This document shows, piece by piece, positions 17,660 to 26,684 of a stretch of 61,808 bases of DNA. Position 1 is the stretch's first letter, and each line of letters begins with the position of its first letter. The DNA is from a virus (Duplodnaviria; Caudoviricetes), in the IMG/VR virus record IMGVR_UViG_3300020402_000001, positions 1 to 61,808 of that record. One strand, written 5' to 3'. The translations under genes were made by a program, and so were the position numbers. Below the pieces are notes generated by a model. That model was not told the origin of the DNA. It made no database searches and saw nothing but the letters and a program-made list of their open reading frames with translations.

Positions 17660-17930
17660 CAAACCTCCACAGGTTAAAGTTACGAACCATTTCATTTAAT
17701 CCGCTATGAAACTTTATCTTACCATTTAGTATGTCTTGACACTTATGTGATTTGTATGTTTCACCATTCACAGTCAATGTCAGTTCTTTAGTTGACTCAT
17801 TAAACTCAACTGAGAAGACATGAGTCATGACAACGCTCTTTGGTTTTACTTCCCACTCAGGCTTTAAAACCAAGGCTTCGCCCAACTTCTCAGCTGCAGT
17901 CATTGCTGCTTTCTCTTCTTCTGTTTTCAT
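17637..17930 (-). CDS. Hypothetical protein, first gene of the P4 operon
   Basis: Start MKTEEE after ACTAACAAAGAGG. Confidence 0.75.
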   Translation of the reverse strand: MKTEEEKAAMTAAEKLGEALVLKPEWEVKPKSVVMTHVFSVEFNESTKELTLTVNGETYKSHKCQDILNGKIKFHSGLNEMVRNFNLWRFDESKSKN

Positions 17931-17969
17931 GATAACCTCTTTGTTAGTATTTTTTAAAAACATCAGATC

Positions 17970-17997
17970 CTTATAAAGAAAAAGATGGGATATGCAA
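17970..17997 (-). promoter_or_regulatory. Sigma70-like promoter P4 with inverted ATGGGA box
   Basis: TTGCAT-N16-TATAAG; the spacer contains TCCCATCT. Confidence 0.55.
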
Positions 17998-18029
17998 GGA
18001 AAAAATGTTATAGGATAATATAGGAATTT

Positions 18030-18302
18030 ATGACAAAATTTGTATTAGTAATGTTTATGTGTAGCGTGGTCAGTGGCCAGTGTCCGTCATCACATATCCC
18101 TGGATTTTCATTTGAAAGCCACACAGCCTGTGTAGAATATGGCTATAGAGTGGCACATGGCACATTTAAGACACTTAAAGAAAATGAAGAATTCACTGAT
18201 GAATACATAGAAAACAACAAAATAGTGGTTAAATTTGAGTGCAGACCTGTACAATTACCAAAACCAATAGTTCCACCACCAAAGCCAAAAATTGGCGCAT
18301 AG
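18030..18302 (+). CDS. Exported or membrane-anchored Cys-containing protein
   Basis: Hydrophobic N-terminus, 4 Cys, Pro-rich tail. Confidence 0.7.
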   Translation: MTKFVLVMFMCSVVSGQCPSSHIPGFSFESHTACVEYGYRVAHGTFKTLKENEEFTDEYIENNKIVVKFECRPVQLPKPIVPPPKPKIGA

Positions 18303-18337
18303 TTGATTTTCAATCACTTTTTGATATATAATAATAC

Positions 18338-18604
18338 ATGAAGCTATATCGCGTCCAAGCAAAATATAAAAACATATTAATTGATGAGATGCTTGAGGCT
18401 GAGAACGATAAGGCTGCTCTTGACACGTTTTACAAGAAGGTTGAGTCAGGAGATGTAACAGAGAAGGATGCTGGTGGTTTTTTAAATCCAGATAGACTTT
18501 TTATAACCTTCGAGGAGGTTGACCGAGATGCAACTACAAAAGTTAATATCGGAAAAACTTCAGTTGGAGTCCAAGTGGGCGAACCAAGCACTGGAGCAGG
18601 GTAG
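18338..18604 (+). CDS. Hypothetical protein (probably leaderless)
   Basis: TATAAT at 18327-18332 lies 5 nt before the ATG. Confidence 0.7.
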   Translation: MKLYRVQAKYKNILIDEMLEAENDKAALDTFYKKVESGDVTEKDAGGFLNPDRLFITFEEVDRDATTKVNIGKTSVGVQVGEPSTGAG

Positions 18605-18716
18605 AGTAACTCCAGACATGAAGTGGATCGATATCAAGATCAAAGATCTTAGAACTAAGATTAATGATCAAAGTGTTGAAGACGCAAAAAAAGGTCTTTA
18701 CGATATAGCTAGCTAG
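18528..18716 (+). CDS. Hypothetical coiled-coil protein
   Basis: ATG 18528 with GAGGAGG RBS. Confidence 0.7.
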   Translation: MQLQKLISEKLQLESKWANQALEQGRVTPDMKWIDIKIKDLRTKINDQSVEDAKKGLYDIAS

Positions 18717-18897
18717 ACTAGCAAAAAAAAATCAATTTTATTCCCAAGGCTAGTGCGCTCTAAATTTTCCAAAAAGCATGCAGTGTCGCATCTAGAATGA
18801 AACCCCTGTAACAGGCAGTCGTCTACTATTCAATAAATTAAAAAATAGAATTTTTGCTCGTGGTATAATAGTAAATAAAAAAATAAAAGGAGAGCAA

Positions 18898-19029
18898 ATG
18901 ACGTTTGAATGGAAACACCCAAACTATTACAAAGAACTTAAAAAAATATATGAAGAGGAGTTTAAAGACCAGCCTTCCGAAGAGAAGGAAGATCAATCTC
19001 CTCCCGACACTGAGGACACTCAGAAGTAA
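18898..19029 (+). CDS. Small 43-aa protein missed by the track
   Basis: TGgTATAAT (18861-18869), AGGAGAG RBS, MTFEWKHPNYYKELKK... Confidence 0.7.
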   Translation: MTFEWKHPNYYKELKKIYEEEFKDQPSEEKEDQSPPDTEDTQK

Positions 19030-19111
19030 TCTTATGGCTTTCTGAAGCATCGTACCAAGTTTCAACAAAACCTTTTCCTTGGCATCTAGGACACTTATTC
19101 TTTGGCTTCAC
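18962..19111 (-). CDS. DnaJ-type zinc-finger mini-protein
   Basis: CPRCQGKG..ECPQC; GTG start overlapping the polymerase end. Confidence 0.65.
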   Translation of the reverse strand: MKPKNKCPRCQGKGFVETWYDASESHKITSECPQCREEIDLPSLRKAGL

Positions 19112-20963
19112 CCCAGCTTCTTCCCAATGCAACGTCCACTTTGAATGGGACTTTGAGGTTTTCGATAGCATTCTCCATTACCTCCTTTACCCCATGAATA
19201 TCTTCTTCATGGTTGATAGAAAAGCATAACTCATCGTGAATCTGTAGTAAAGGCTTATAACCTTTCTTGTAACAATTTATCATAGCCTGTTTTGTTTGAT
19301 CTGCAGCTGATCCTTGAATTAACCTATTTAAGGCTTTGTAAGTAAAAGCTCTTCTGATGTTATTACCATAAATGGCCTTAGCCTCCTCGTATTGCATGGC
19401 CTTGTTCATTCCGAAGGTAGCAGGCTCCCACATGTCAAATCGGCATTTACGACCCCTTATTGTTCGAATAAAGCCATATTTTGAGGCACTGTTAGTGACA
19501 GCTTCAGCTAATTTCTTAACAAAAGGTACCCTAGAGTGGTACTTATTTAAAAGATTTTCAGCAGCGTCTTTTGAAATACCTAATTCTTTGGCTAATTTAG
19601 CTTTACCCATACCATAGAATAATCCTAAATTAATTGTCTTTGCATGAGTTCTTGATATGCCAGCCATATCAGCAACAATTTGATGGAAGTCTGCAGCTTC
19701 ATTTTTATAAGCATCTATAAAATCATCTGCGCCTGTAAATTGTTCGTCTACACTTGCTGCATAGTGTGCCACCAACCTTGGCTCTTGTTGGCTGTAATCA
19801 AAACTACCCCACTGTTTACCTTCTTCAGGTAAAAATAAACTTCTTATTTTATCACCATACTCTTTATTACGAGCAGGTATCTGCTGCAAGTTTGGATTTG
19901 AATAAGATAATCTACCTGAGACTGTGCCACCTTGATCAGATCTTAGTTGATTTATTTCAGAATGTATTCTACCTTTATGAACATAACGTTGAATTGAGTC
20001 TATAAATGTTGAATGGAATTTATTTATTTCTCTTGCTTGTCTTATTAGTTGCGCTATCGGGTTATCACAGTTTACTAACCAGTTTTGGGTAAAGCTAGGT
20101 TCATCACTTTTCGGTGTCCGCGGGTAATCAACACCAATCCTGTCAAACACTTGTGCTACTGATCTTGCTGCCCAAATATCAACATCCATAGTTGTTTGTT
20201 TTTTTATTTGGCCTAACACCTCAGATTCTTTACCTTTGAATTCTTTTTTAAGAGCTGCAGCTTTCTCTTCATCTACTCTTATGCCCCGCATTCTTGTTTC
20301 AATTAAAATGGGTAACAGCTCCATTTCCATCTCCCAAACATCGTGCAAGCTTTGTTTTGAAATTTCTGTTTTAAAATGTTGCCAAAGTCTTAAAGTTAAT
20401 CCAGCATCTTGCTCTGCATAAAAACCAACGTAGCCTGCAGGTAGTCTCCAAAGATCTGCCTTTGGATCTATTCCCCACTCTTTTGCTTTCTCATTCAAAA
20501 ATGTTTCGTTTTTAATTTCACCAAGATAATCTTTAGCACAAGCATTAAGACTAAAACTAAATCTGTTTTCATTTATTAAGGCAGCAGCAATCATAGTATC
20601 CACAATAGGACCATTGATATCAAAACCATTTATCTTTAACCAACCAACGTCATAACTTGCATTATGAAATATTTTGACTGCAGGAGTTTTTAAAATGTCT
20701 TGCATCCATGCGCAGGTTATGGCTGAGTCCATATTACCACCAGCATCATGATGAATAGGAAAATACCACTGTTGATCATAAGCAGCCACTGCGAAACCAA
20801 CTATGTGCCCATCAAATGTAGCCCAACCAGCACCTTTGTTTTTTATGTTTGGATCCTTTGTCTCCAGGTCGATAGCTATTTCTTTTGCCTGTGACAGGTC
20901 AGGGTACTCACTTGGGCAAACCCAATCACTGTCGTTGTAAATAAAATTTAATTGATGTGTCAT
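19095..20963 (-). CDS. DNA polymerase family A with 3'-5' exonuclease
   Basis: ExoI DLET, motif A DYSQQEPR, motif B KTINLGLFYG, motif C QIHDEL. Confidence 0.95.
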   Translation of the reverse strand: MTHQLNFIYNDSDWVCPSEYPDLSQAKEIAIDLETKDPNIKNKGAGWATFDGHIVGFAVAAYDQQWYFPIHHDAGGNMDSAITCAWMQDILKTPAVKIFHNASYDVGWLKINGFDINGPIVDTMIAAALINENRFSFSLNACAKDYLGEIKNETFLNEKAKEWGIDPKADLWRLPAGYVGFYAEQDAGLTLRLWQHFKTEISKQSLHDVWEMEMELLPILIETRMRGIRVDEEKAAALKKEFKGKESEVLGQIKKQTTMDVDIWAARSVAQVFDRIGVDYPRTPKSDEPSFTQNWLVNCDNPIAQLIRQAREINKFHSTFIDSIQRYVHKGRIHSEINQLRSDQGGTVSGRLSYSNPNLQQIPARNKEYGDKIRSLFLPEEGKQWGSFDYSQQEPRLVAHYAASVDEQFTGADDFIDAYKNEAADFHQIVADMAGISRTHAKTINLGLFYGMGKAKLAKELGISKDAAENLLNKYHSRVPFVKKLAEAVTNSASKYGFIRTIRGRKCRFDMWEPATFGMNKAMQYEEAKAIYGNNIRRAFTYKALNRLIQGSAADQTKQAMINCYKKGYKPLLQIHDELCFSINHEEDIHGVKEVMENAIENLKVPFKVDVALGRSWGEAKE

Positions 20964-21700
20964 CCTACCTTTTTAATCACATAGCTTATATAGTAATTAT
21001 GTAAATTTTCATAAACAATTTTTTTATCTTTATATAAATCTATGTAAAATTTTTTTACATCTTCATCTAAATTATGTCTTTTGTTAAAGTAATTTATTTC
21101 ATCAAGTACTGCACCTAAAACAAAAAATGTTATGTTTCTTTTTTCTAGCATGTACAGGCCTACATCTTTTATATTTTTTTCAAAAATTAAATCATCCATT
21201 ATTTCAAATGGATCTGTCATTAAGTAAAGACCGTTTGGTTTTAAAACTCTTTTTACTTCTTTGTAAAAATTTTTATCATCTCTGTAACAATGATTGCTCT
21301 CTATGTTGTAAACAATATCGAATGAATTATCATCATAATTTAGTTTATTTGCATTTTGACAATCGTACTCTACGTCATTAAATAAATTTTTTGCATGATT
21401 AATTGAGTTCGAATTGATGTCCACAGCACAAACCTTTTTAAATCCAAAATACTTTTTTAATAAGTGTGATCCATAACCTAAACCACAACCGATATCTAAT
21501 AATGAAATGTCTTTCATATTTAAACCTACAATTCTTAACAAATGAAAATACAAATTTATATTGTTTTTCCAAGGCATGTCATCTTGGTCATACATCGCCA
21601 GGTTATCATCATAGTATCCATGATTAAAAAATAATTTTGTGTCATTACGTTTAATTAATTTATTTAAAATTTGATTGTACTCTTGAACAACGTTGTTCAT
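20960..21700 (-). CDS. Class I SAM-dependent methyltransferase (small-molecule or protein type)
   Basis: LLDIGCGLG, FDIVYNIES, RVLKPNG; very AT-rich. Confidence 0.85.
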   Translation of the reverse strand: MNNVVQEYNQILNKLIKRNDTKLFFNHGYYDDNLAMYDQDDMPWKNNINLYFHLLRIVGLNMKDISLLDIGCGLGYGSHLLKKYFGFKKVCAVDINSNSINHAKNLFNDVEYDCQNANKLNYDDNSFDIVYNIESNHCYRDDKNFYKEVKRVLKPNGLYLMTDPFEIMDDLIFEKNIKDVGLYMLEKRNITFFVLGAVLDEINYFNKRHNLDEDVKKFYIDLYKDKKIVYENLHNYYISYVIKKVG

Positions 21701-21939
21701 TTTTTTGTGTCTTTAAGTTTTTTTATTTCTAAATCACAATAGTGTTTTATTTTTTCTAAATCTTCTATTTTGTTTTTATGTAGATACCTGCATACATATT
21801 TAATAACGTTTCCTTGAAAAAAAGAGAGATTATTTTTTGAAATAAATTCATATGGTTGAATCGTAAAAAATTTATAGTGACTCCCCCCGATTTGTTTATC
21901 CTGCGGAAACGCTTCATCAAATAAGTCTTTGTTTGTCAT
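21697..21939 (-). CDS. DUF3310 / T7 gp1.7-like nucleotide kinase domain
   Basis: QIGGSHY..GNVIKYVCRY..K..EDLEK..Y. Confidence 0.8.
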   Translation of the reverse strand: MTNKDLFDEAFPQDKQIGGSHYKFFTIQPYEFISKNNLSFFQGNVIKYVCRYLHKNKIEDLEKIKHYCDLEIKKLKDTKK

Positions 21940-22139
21940 AGTTTAAACTCCTGTAATATTCTTAACTTCTCCTCTGCGTTTGCAATTTTTTCAATTAATT
22001 TATCTACTTCATCTACGTGCTGTGGATGTTCTCCAATTCCAACAGGTTTTTCTAAGTATATTTTTATTGTAGCCTCTGCCTCAGATATTTGAGCGTTGTA
22101 TCTATCTGTTAAGGCATCGATTATTATTCTCTTAAACAT
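21936..22139 (-). CDS. Conserved-type phage protein (VGIGEH motif)
   Basis: 67-aa helical hairpin with PVGIGEHP. Confidence 0.75.
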   Translation of the reverse strand: MFKRIIIDALTDRYNAQISEAEATIKIYLEKPVGIGEHPQHVDEVDKLIEKIANAEEKLRILQEFKL

Positions 22140-23742
22140 AATTTGCCTCGTATAGTTTGTAATATTTTCCTAATGGAAAATTATATTGATGATAAGTTCC
22201 TAATAAATGTAAGCTTCCTTTAGATCTCGTAGCTCCTGTATACCAAACTCTTAACTCTTTAACCTTCTCCTGCAAATTCTTTTTGTCAAAATGAGATGGA
22301 AAATTACATTTACTCGCAAGAACCACATTGTCAGCCTCACCACCTTTTACCTGATGAATAGTATCTATAATTATCTTTGGTGGCTGAGTAAGATCTACAC
22401 CTTCCTTCATTAATTTATTGAAGTATTGTTTATCTTTATCTTTAAATTTTCTTTTAAACACCTGATTCCATGGTCCTTTTTCATCTCTCATACCACATCT
22501 GAGATGTAATTCATCAAAATTAAATACTTGATTTGGGTGAGCAAAACTCCACTTTTTGCTGTCCGATGACCGGTATCCGTGATCTATGTTTAATAAATAT
22601 TCGTACATGGTACACGCTTCTTGTCTATTTATAGAACCACCTTCACATATCTTATTCCAATATTCTATTGCCATAAATTGTGATGGGTCAAAAGATTTGT
22701 TACCTTTTACGTCTTGATAATACAAAGATAAGTTACGTGCCTCCTGTTGCAGCTCTTTCTTAACATCATTTATTCTAGCCAATACCATCCAGCTGCCTTC
22801 CATATCCCAAGGAACTTTCTTCAAAGAATTCCATTTGTGAACGCTGCCTTCTTTTTGGTTTGAGTAAAATTCTTTTTGAACTCTATTATCACCCATACTG
22901 TGAAGTAAACATTTAGAAAAAAAATGTATGTTTTTATTTAAACGCACAGATTTTTTTAAGACTAAAGCTTTTCCTGGAAACCTTTGAAACAATGTTACAT
23001 CAGCACCATTCCATTCGTAAATGGCCTGATCATCGTCTCCTGCTATGTAAACTCTATCCACTCCTTGCGCTATCTTCACAACCATATCCCATTGTAAAGG
23101 TGTTAAGTCCTGAGCTTCGTCTACCATTAAAACCTTGAAAGGCACTACCAAACCATCTGATACATATTTTTCAACCATATCAGTGAAGTCTAATCTATCC
23201 GGTGTCCGTTGGCCGTTCTCAAGTTCCATAGTTTTAAATTCTTCATACCCAGCAATAATTGATTTGAACTGCTGTAATCTCACAGCTTTTCTAGATTGTT
23301 GTTTGTAAAGAACTACAGGATCTATTTTCATGTTTCTTGCTCTATCGTAAATTTGTAAAGACCAATTATTGTAAACTTTGGCATCGTCATGGCCATCTTT
23401 GTAATTAACTTTTACAGTTCCATACTGAGTATGAAACATCAGGAGGTCAGCTCTAGGGTCTAAAACGGGAATCTCAGCAAACTGTTGTCTCGCCAAAGAA
23501 TGTAATGTTCGAAAGTATTTGAAATCATCCTGATCATATTCCTTGAATCTTTTACGTACTCTATCGACACACTCGTCAACAGCTTTGTTGGTAAATGATA
23601 TGTAACAAATTTCATCTGGTGAATATCCTTTTTTTAAATATCGTTGAACACGTTTTAACAGATTTTCAGTCTTACCTGTACCTGGAGGTCCAAATATTTT
23701 AATTGTCTTCCCACGCAGCTTTTGATTTAGTGAATTTGACAT
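22132..23742 (-). CDS. UvrD/REP-like SF1 helicase
   Basis: GPPGTGKT, SFTNKA, VDEAQD, GDDDQAIY, TIHQVKGGE, YTGATR. Confidence 0.92.
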   Translation of the reverse strand: MSNSLNQKLRGKTIKIFGPPGTGKTENLLKRVQRYLKKGYSPDEICYISFTNKAVDECVDRVRKRFKEYDQDDFKYFRTLHSLARQQFAEIPVLDPRADLLMFHTQYGTVKVNYKDGHDDAKVYNNWSLQIYDRARNMKIDPVVLYKQQSRKAVRLQQFKSIIAGYEEFKTMELENGQRTPDRLDFTDMVEKYVSDGLVVPFKVLMVDEAQDLTPLQWDMVVKIAQGVDRVYIAGDDDQAIYEWNGADVTLFQRFPGKALVLKKSVRLNKNIHFFSKCLLHSMGDNRVQKEFYSNQKEGSVHKWNSLKKVPWDMEGSWMVLARINDVKKELQQEARNLSLYYQDVKGNKSFDPSQFMAIEYWNKICEGGSINRQEACTMYEYLLNIDHGYRSSDSKKWSFAHPNQVFNFDELHLRCGMRDEKGPWNQVFKRKFKDKDKQYFNKLMKEGVDLTQPPKIIIDTIHQVKGGEADNVVLASKCNFPSHFDKKNLQEKVKELRVWYTGATRSKGSLHLLGTYHQYNFPLGKYYKLYEANYV

Positions 23743-25270
23743 CTTTGTTTTTATGCTCCGTTTGTTTCGGTAAAGCTACCACCCAGTGTCTACTATCAAC
23801 ACCTTGAAACTTCTTCTTTGGTTTCGCTCCACCTTGTTCTAAAAATCTTGTGCATTCTTTTTCATTCCAATTGTAACCCATTTTTTTCATAAAAGATCTA
23901 AACGTCTCTAATTTAAATCTCATCTCTGATTCATCTCTCCAAATATTATCAGAATCTATTTGATCAAATTCTGTTGTATCTTCTACATCCTCTAAAAACC
24001 TTGTCATCCTATTATTAAATACATCGTCACGTTCTTCTGTAGAATCAAAACCTTCCATGTCATGTTTGTTTGCCATCAATTCTTCAAGCCAGTCTCTATA
24101 TGGATCGGGATCTCTTTTTGTAGGTTTTAATGGCCTCCAAACTATATCATAATTTAATAGCTGCTCCCCAAGCAACTGTTGTTGGTATAATTGTTTTGTT
24201 GATAATCTTATAGTTTTACCTTGTATTGGTAAAATCCAATATGGTTCAGGATAAGAATTTACTTTCATTAGTTTACCTACTTCAGGCAAAGCTTCATTTG
24301 CTCCTATGCCTAATTTTCTTTTTACACATTCACTTGAAACGCAATGCATTCTTGCAATAGAAGTTTTACATTTATAAGCATACTCTTTGTTTTCGACTCC
24401 TTTAAATATATTTTCTAATTCTTTTGGATGTAATCTTTCTTCACAAACTTTTGTCATCATGTCTCTTGTCCAATCTTGGTACATGACAGGATCGGGATTA
24501 ATTTTTTTACCCAGCACAGCTACATTGAACATAGCATCGTTACGGCCTTCACCTTTTTTAACTTTATTTTTCATAAAATTTACAACACAAGGTGGGTAAT
24601 CCTTAGTGCTATCATCTTGAAATATTTTTAATTTTTTAAACTCGGCAGGAGTAAGTCTAAATTTAGAAACAAATGTAAATAAATTTTCTAGTTTTACAGA
24701 ATTACAATTATCATCCATTGCAACTCTTGTTGTCATGTTTGCCTTTTGGTAAGGCAAGTTAACAAAATTACCTTTTCTTTTTTCATCCCATTTCTCTGGT
24801 GTTAAATCTACTTCGTCTTGCGCAGGAAAAATATCTGTAGTGGTGTCATTGATACCTAGATCAGAAGCAAGCTCAATTAACTTTTTACGCATCGCAGATG
24901 CAGGAACTACACCTTCAATGAATAAAATTAAATGGAGTCCGTTGGATTTTGACCTGAATGGTACGAGTGGGTATTTTCTTTTCCGTATAATCGATATAAC
25001 TTCCTGATGCTGTATATTATAACGATCAACATCGATGACCCCCCAACTGCATGTATTATCATCTCTGATAGGGACAGATCCATAATAAGCTTCTCCTTTT
25101 AAATGTTGCACCCAATGATCTTTTGTCATTGGTGAAGGTTCAACCCAATGTTTGAATTCTGCCTTACCTTTAGAATTTTTCTTACCAGTAGGTTTGGAAA
25201 CACCAAAATATGTAGTAGAGCCTTGGAAGAGTTCTACAAACTCTCCCAAGGTTTTGTCAAGTACATCCAT
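23699..25270 (-). CDS. Archaeo-eukaryotic-type primase with PriCT-like region
   Basis: IDVD, RSKSNGLH, PPC..EGRND motifs. Confidence 0.8.
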   Translation of the reverse strand: MDVLDKTLGEFVELFQGSTTYFGVSKPTGKKNSKGKAEFKHWVEPSPMTKDHWVQHLKGEAYYGSVPIRDDNTCSWGVIDVDRYNIQHQEVISIIRKRKYPLVPFRSKSNGLHLILFIEGVVPASAMRKKLIELASDLGINDTTTDIFPAQDEVDLTPEKWDEKRKGNFVNLPYQKANMTTRVAMDDNCNSVKLENLFTFVSKFRLTPAEFKKLKIFQDDSTKDYPPCVVNFMKNKVKKGEGRNDAMFNVAVLGKKINPDPVMYQDWTRDMMTKVCEERLHPKELENIFKGVENKEYAYKCKTSIARMHCVSSECVKRKLGIGANEALPEVGKLMKVNSYPEPYWILPIQGKTIRLSTKQLYQQQLLGEQLLNYDIVWRPLKPTKRDPDPYRDWLEELMANKHDMEGFDSTEERDDVFNNRMTRFLEDVEDTTEFDQIDSDNIWRDESEMRFKLETFRSFMKKMGYNWNEKECTRFLEQGGAKPKKKFQGVDSRHWVVALPKQTEHKNKDVKFTKSKAAWEDN

Positions 25271-25273
25271 AAA

Positions 25274-26062
25274 TTAAAATGGAGTCTTGGCTACTTGTTC
25301 TTCTTTATTATGATTCACTCTCACTGAACCTTTTTTACAGCTCTCATAAAAATCGAAAGCACCTTTCATGACCTCTGGATCTTGCACAGGTCCTTGATGT
25401 TCGATCTCCCAACCAAACCATGATCCTAAGTTATTTTTTTCTAACACAGTCTTCATAGTATATTGTTGAGTGAATGGAGCAGGTTTGAAAAAGCCTTTAC
25501 CATCCTTTTTCTTTTGTCTTAATGACATCATCATAGAGTTCCACTTCTTAGATTTTTTTCTTTGAGTGGACTTCATTGTAACTAAAGCTGTTGATGACTT
25601 CTCTTCTTCGACAACCATTACATAGTGAGAAGCTGTCTCCTCAATGTAATTGCCATTCTCAAGACGATCTTTTCCATCGTCACCTCTAGTTGTTTTACTC
25701 ATGATATCTGAGTCTGCAGGATAAACATTTACAGGAGCGACAGCACCTTTATCTCTATCTTTCCATTCAATGTACTCCAATTTGTAAAAGCAAGGAATTA
25801 CAGTTATTCCTTTTTGACCATCATACAATTCATCGGTAACTGTATTATAGATCATACCTGCTTTTGCTTCTGGCATAAAATTACTATCACCTTGAGTGAC
25901 TTGTGGTGATAGTTGTCCCAGAACTTTAAGGAATGGTAATGCTAGACTTTTAGAATCTACATTCTCAAATCCTTCGTCAGCAAACTGCTCAATATTTATA
26001 TTAGCTAGCTGACCTTCTTTTTTAATCGACACTTCGTTCGATTGTCCGTCTTTTATCTTCAC
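25274..26062 (-). CDS. Putative single-stranded DNA-binding protein
   Basis: In the replication module, PFLKVLGQLSPQ, C-terminal TPF. Confidence 0.6.
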   Translation of the reverse strand: MKIKDGQSNEVSIKKEGQLANINIEQFADEGFENVDSKSLALPFLKVLGQLSPQVTQGDSNFMPEAKAGMIYNTVTDELYDGQKGITVIPCFYKLEYIEWKDRDKGAVAPVNVYPADSDIMSKTTRGDDGKDRLENGNYIEETASHYVMVVEEEKSSTALVTMKSTQRKKSKKWNSMMMSLRQKKKDGKGFFKPAPFTQQYTMKTVLEKNNLGSWFGWEIEHQGPVQDPEVMKGAFDFYESCKKGSVRVNHNKEEQVAKTPF

Positions 26063-26072
26063 GTTTCCTCCG

Positions 26073-26615
26073 TTACTTGTTAGTTGTTATTTTCGTTTTA
26101 TTAGCAATGTATACTCCAAACAAATCAAATGGTAATTCTTTACCAGTTTCAACTTGCTCTCTCACAAACGCCTTAAGAGTCATTGGTTCAACTTTTTCTT
26201 TTTTATTATAGTTAAAACCAAACTTCTCACAGACACCTATAAGTTCAGAAACTTGATTATCTTGACCACGACCAAACGAAGCTGTCACGGTATTTTTAAT
26301 CAAGTCTTCAAAACCTTTTTCTCTTAACCAAGAAAAGGCTTCTTCAACTCTAGACTCAGGGATTTTTGCAGCATAGAAAGGTTTAACTTCTACTGTTGAT
26401 CCATCTTTAAGTTTTAATAAAGACACACCAGCCTGTTGCATCATCTCTGGAATGATTCGTTCTTCCATGTCTCGAATTTTGTGTTTCAATAATGAAATCG
26501 ATTCTTCCTTTTCTTTGAGTTGACTTTGGAGTTCATTGAGTTGGTTACATTTATCAGATATTGATTTGACATTATCTTGATCAATGTCAATGGATGACAT
26601 TTTTTCTATATCCAT
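26073..26615 (-). CDS. Conserved-type replication-module protein
   Basis: Start MDIEK with GGAGG; AFSWLRE.G..DLIKN and EPMTLKAFVRE motifs. Confidence 0.75.
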   Translation of the reverse strand: MDIEKMSSIDIDQDNVKSISDKCNQLNELQSQLKEKEESISLLKHKIRDMEERIIPEMMQQAGVSLLKLKDGSTVEVKPFYAAKIPESRVEEAFSWLREKGFEDLIKNTVTASFGRGQDNQVSELIGVCEKFGFNYNKKEKVEPMTLKAFVREQVETGKELPFDLFGVYIANKTKITTNK

Positions 26616-26684
26616 ATTTTCCTCCTGCAGTCTCTTAAAATAATCTCTTGAAATTTGCAACAAGAAAATATATTTAATTCGCAG

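Noticed and set aside
20960-21700. DNA hypermodification pathway (methyltransferase plus TET/JBP plus glycosyltransferase)
   Set aside because: Neither methyltransferase shows DNA-MTase catalytic motifs (PCQ, DPPY/NPPY) and no oxygenase is recognisably TET/JBP. Unsupported, though not excluded.
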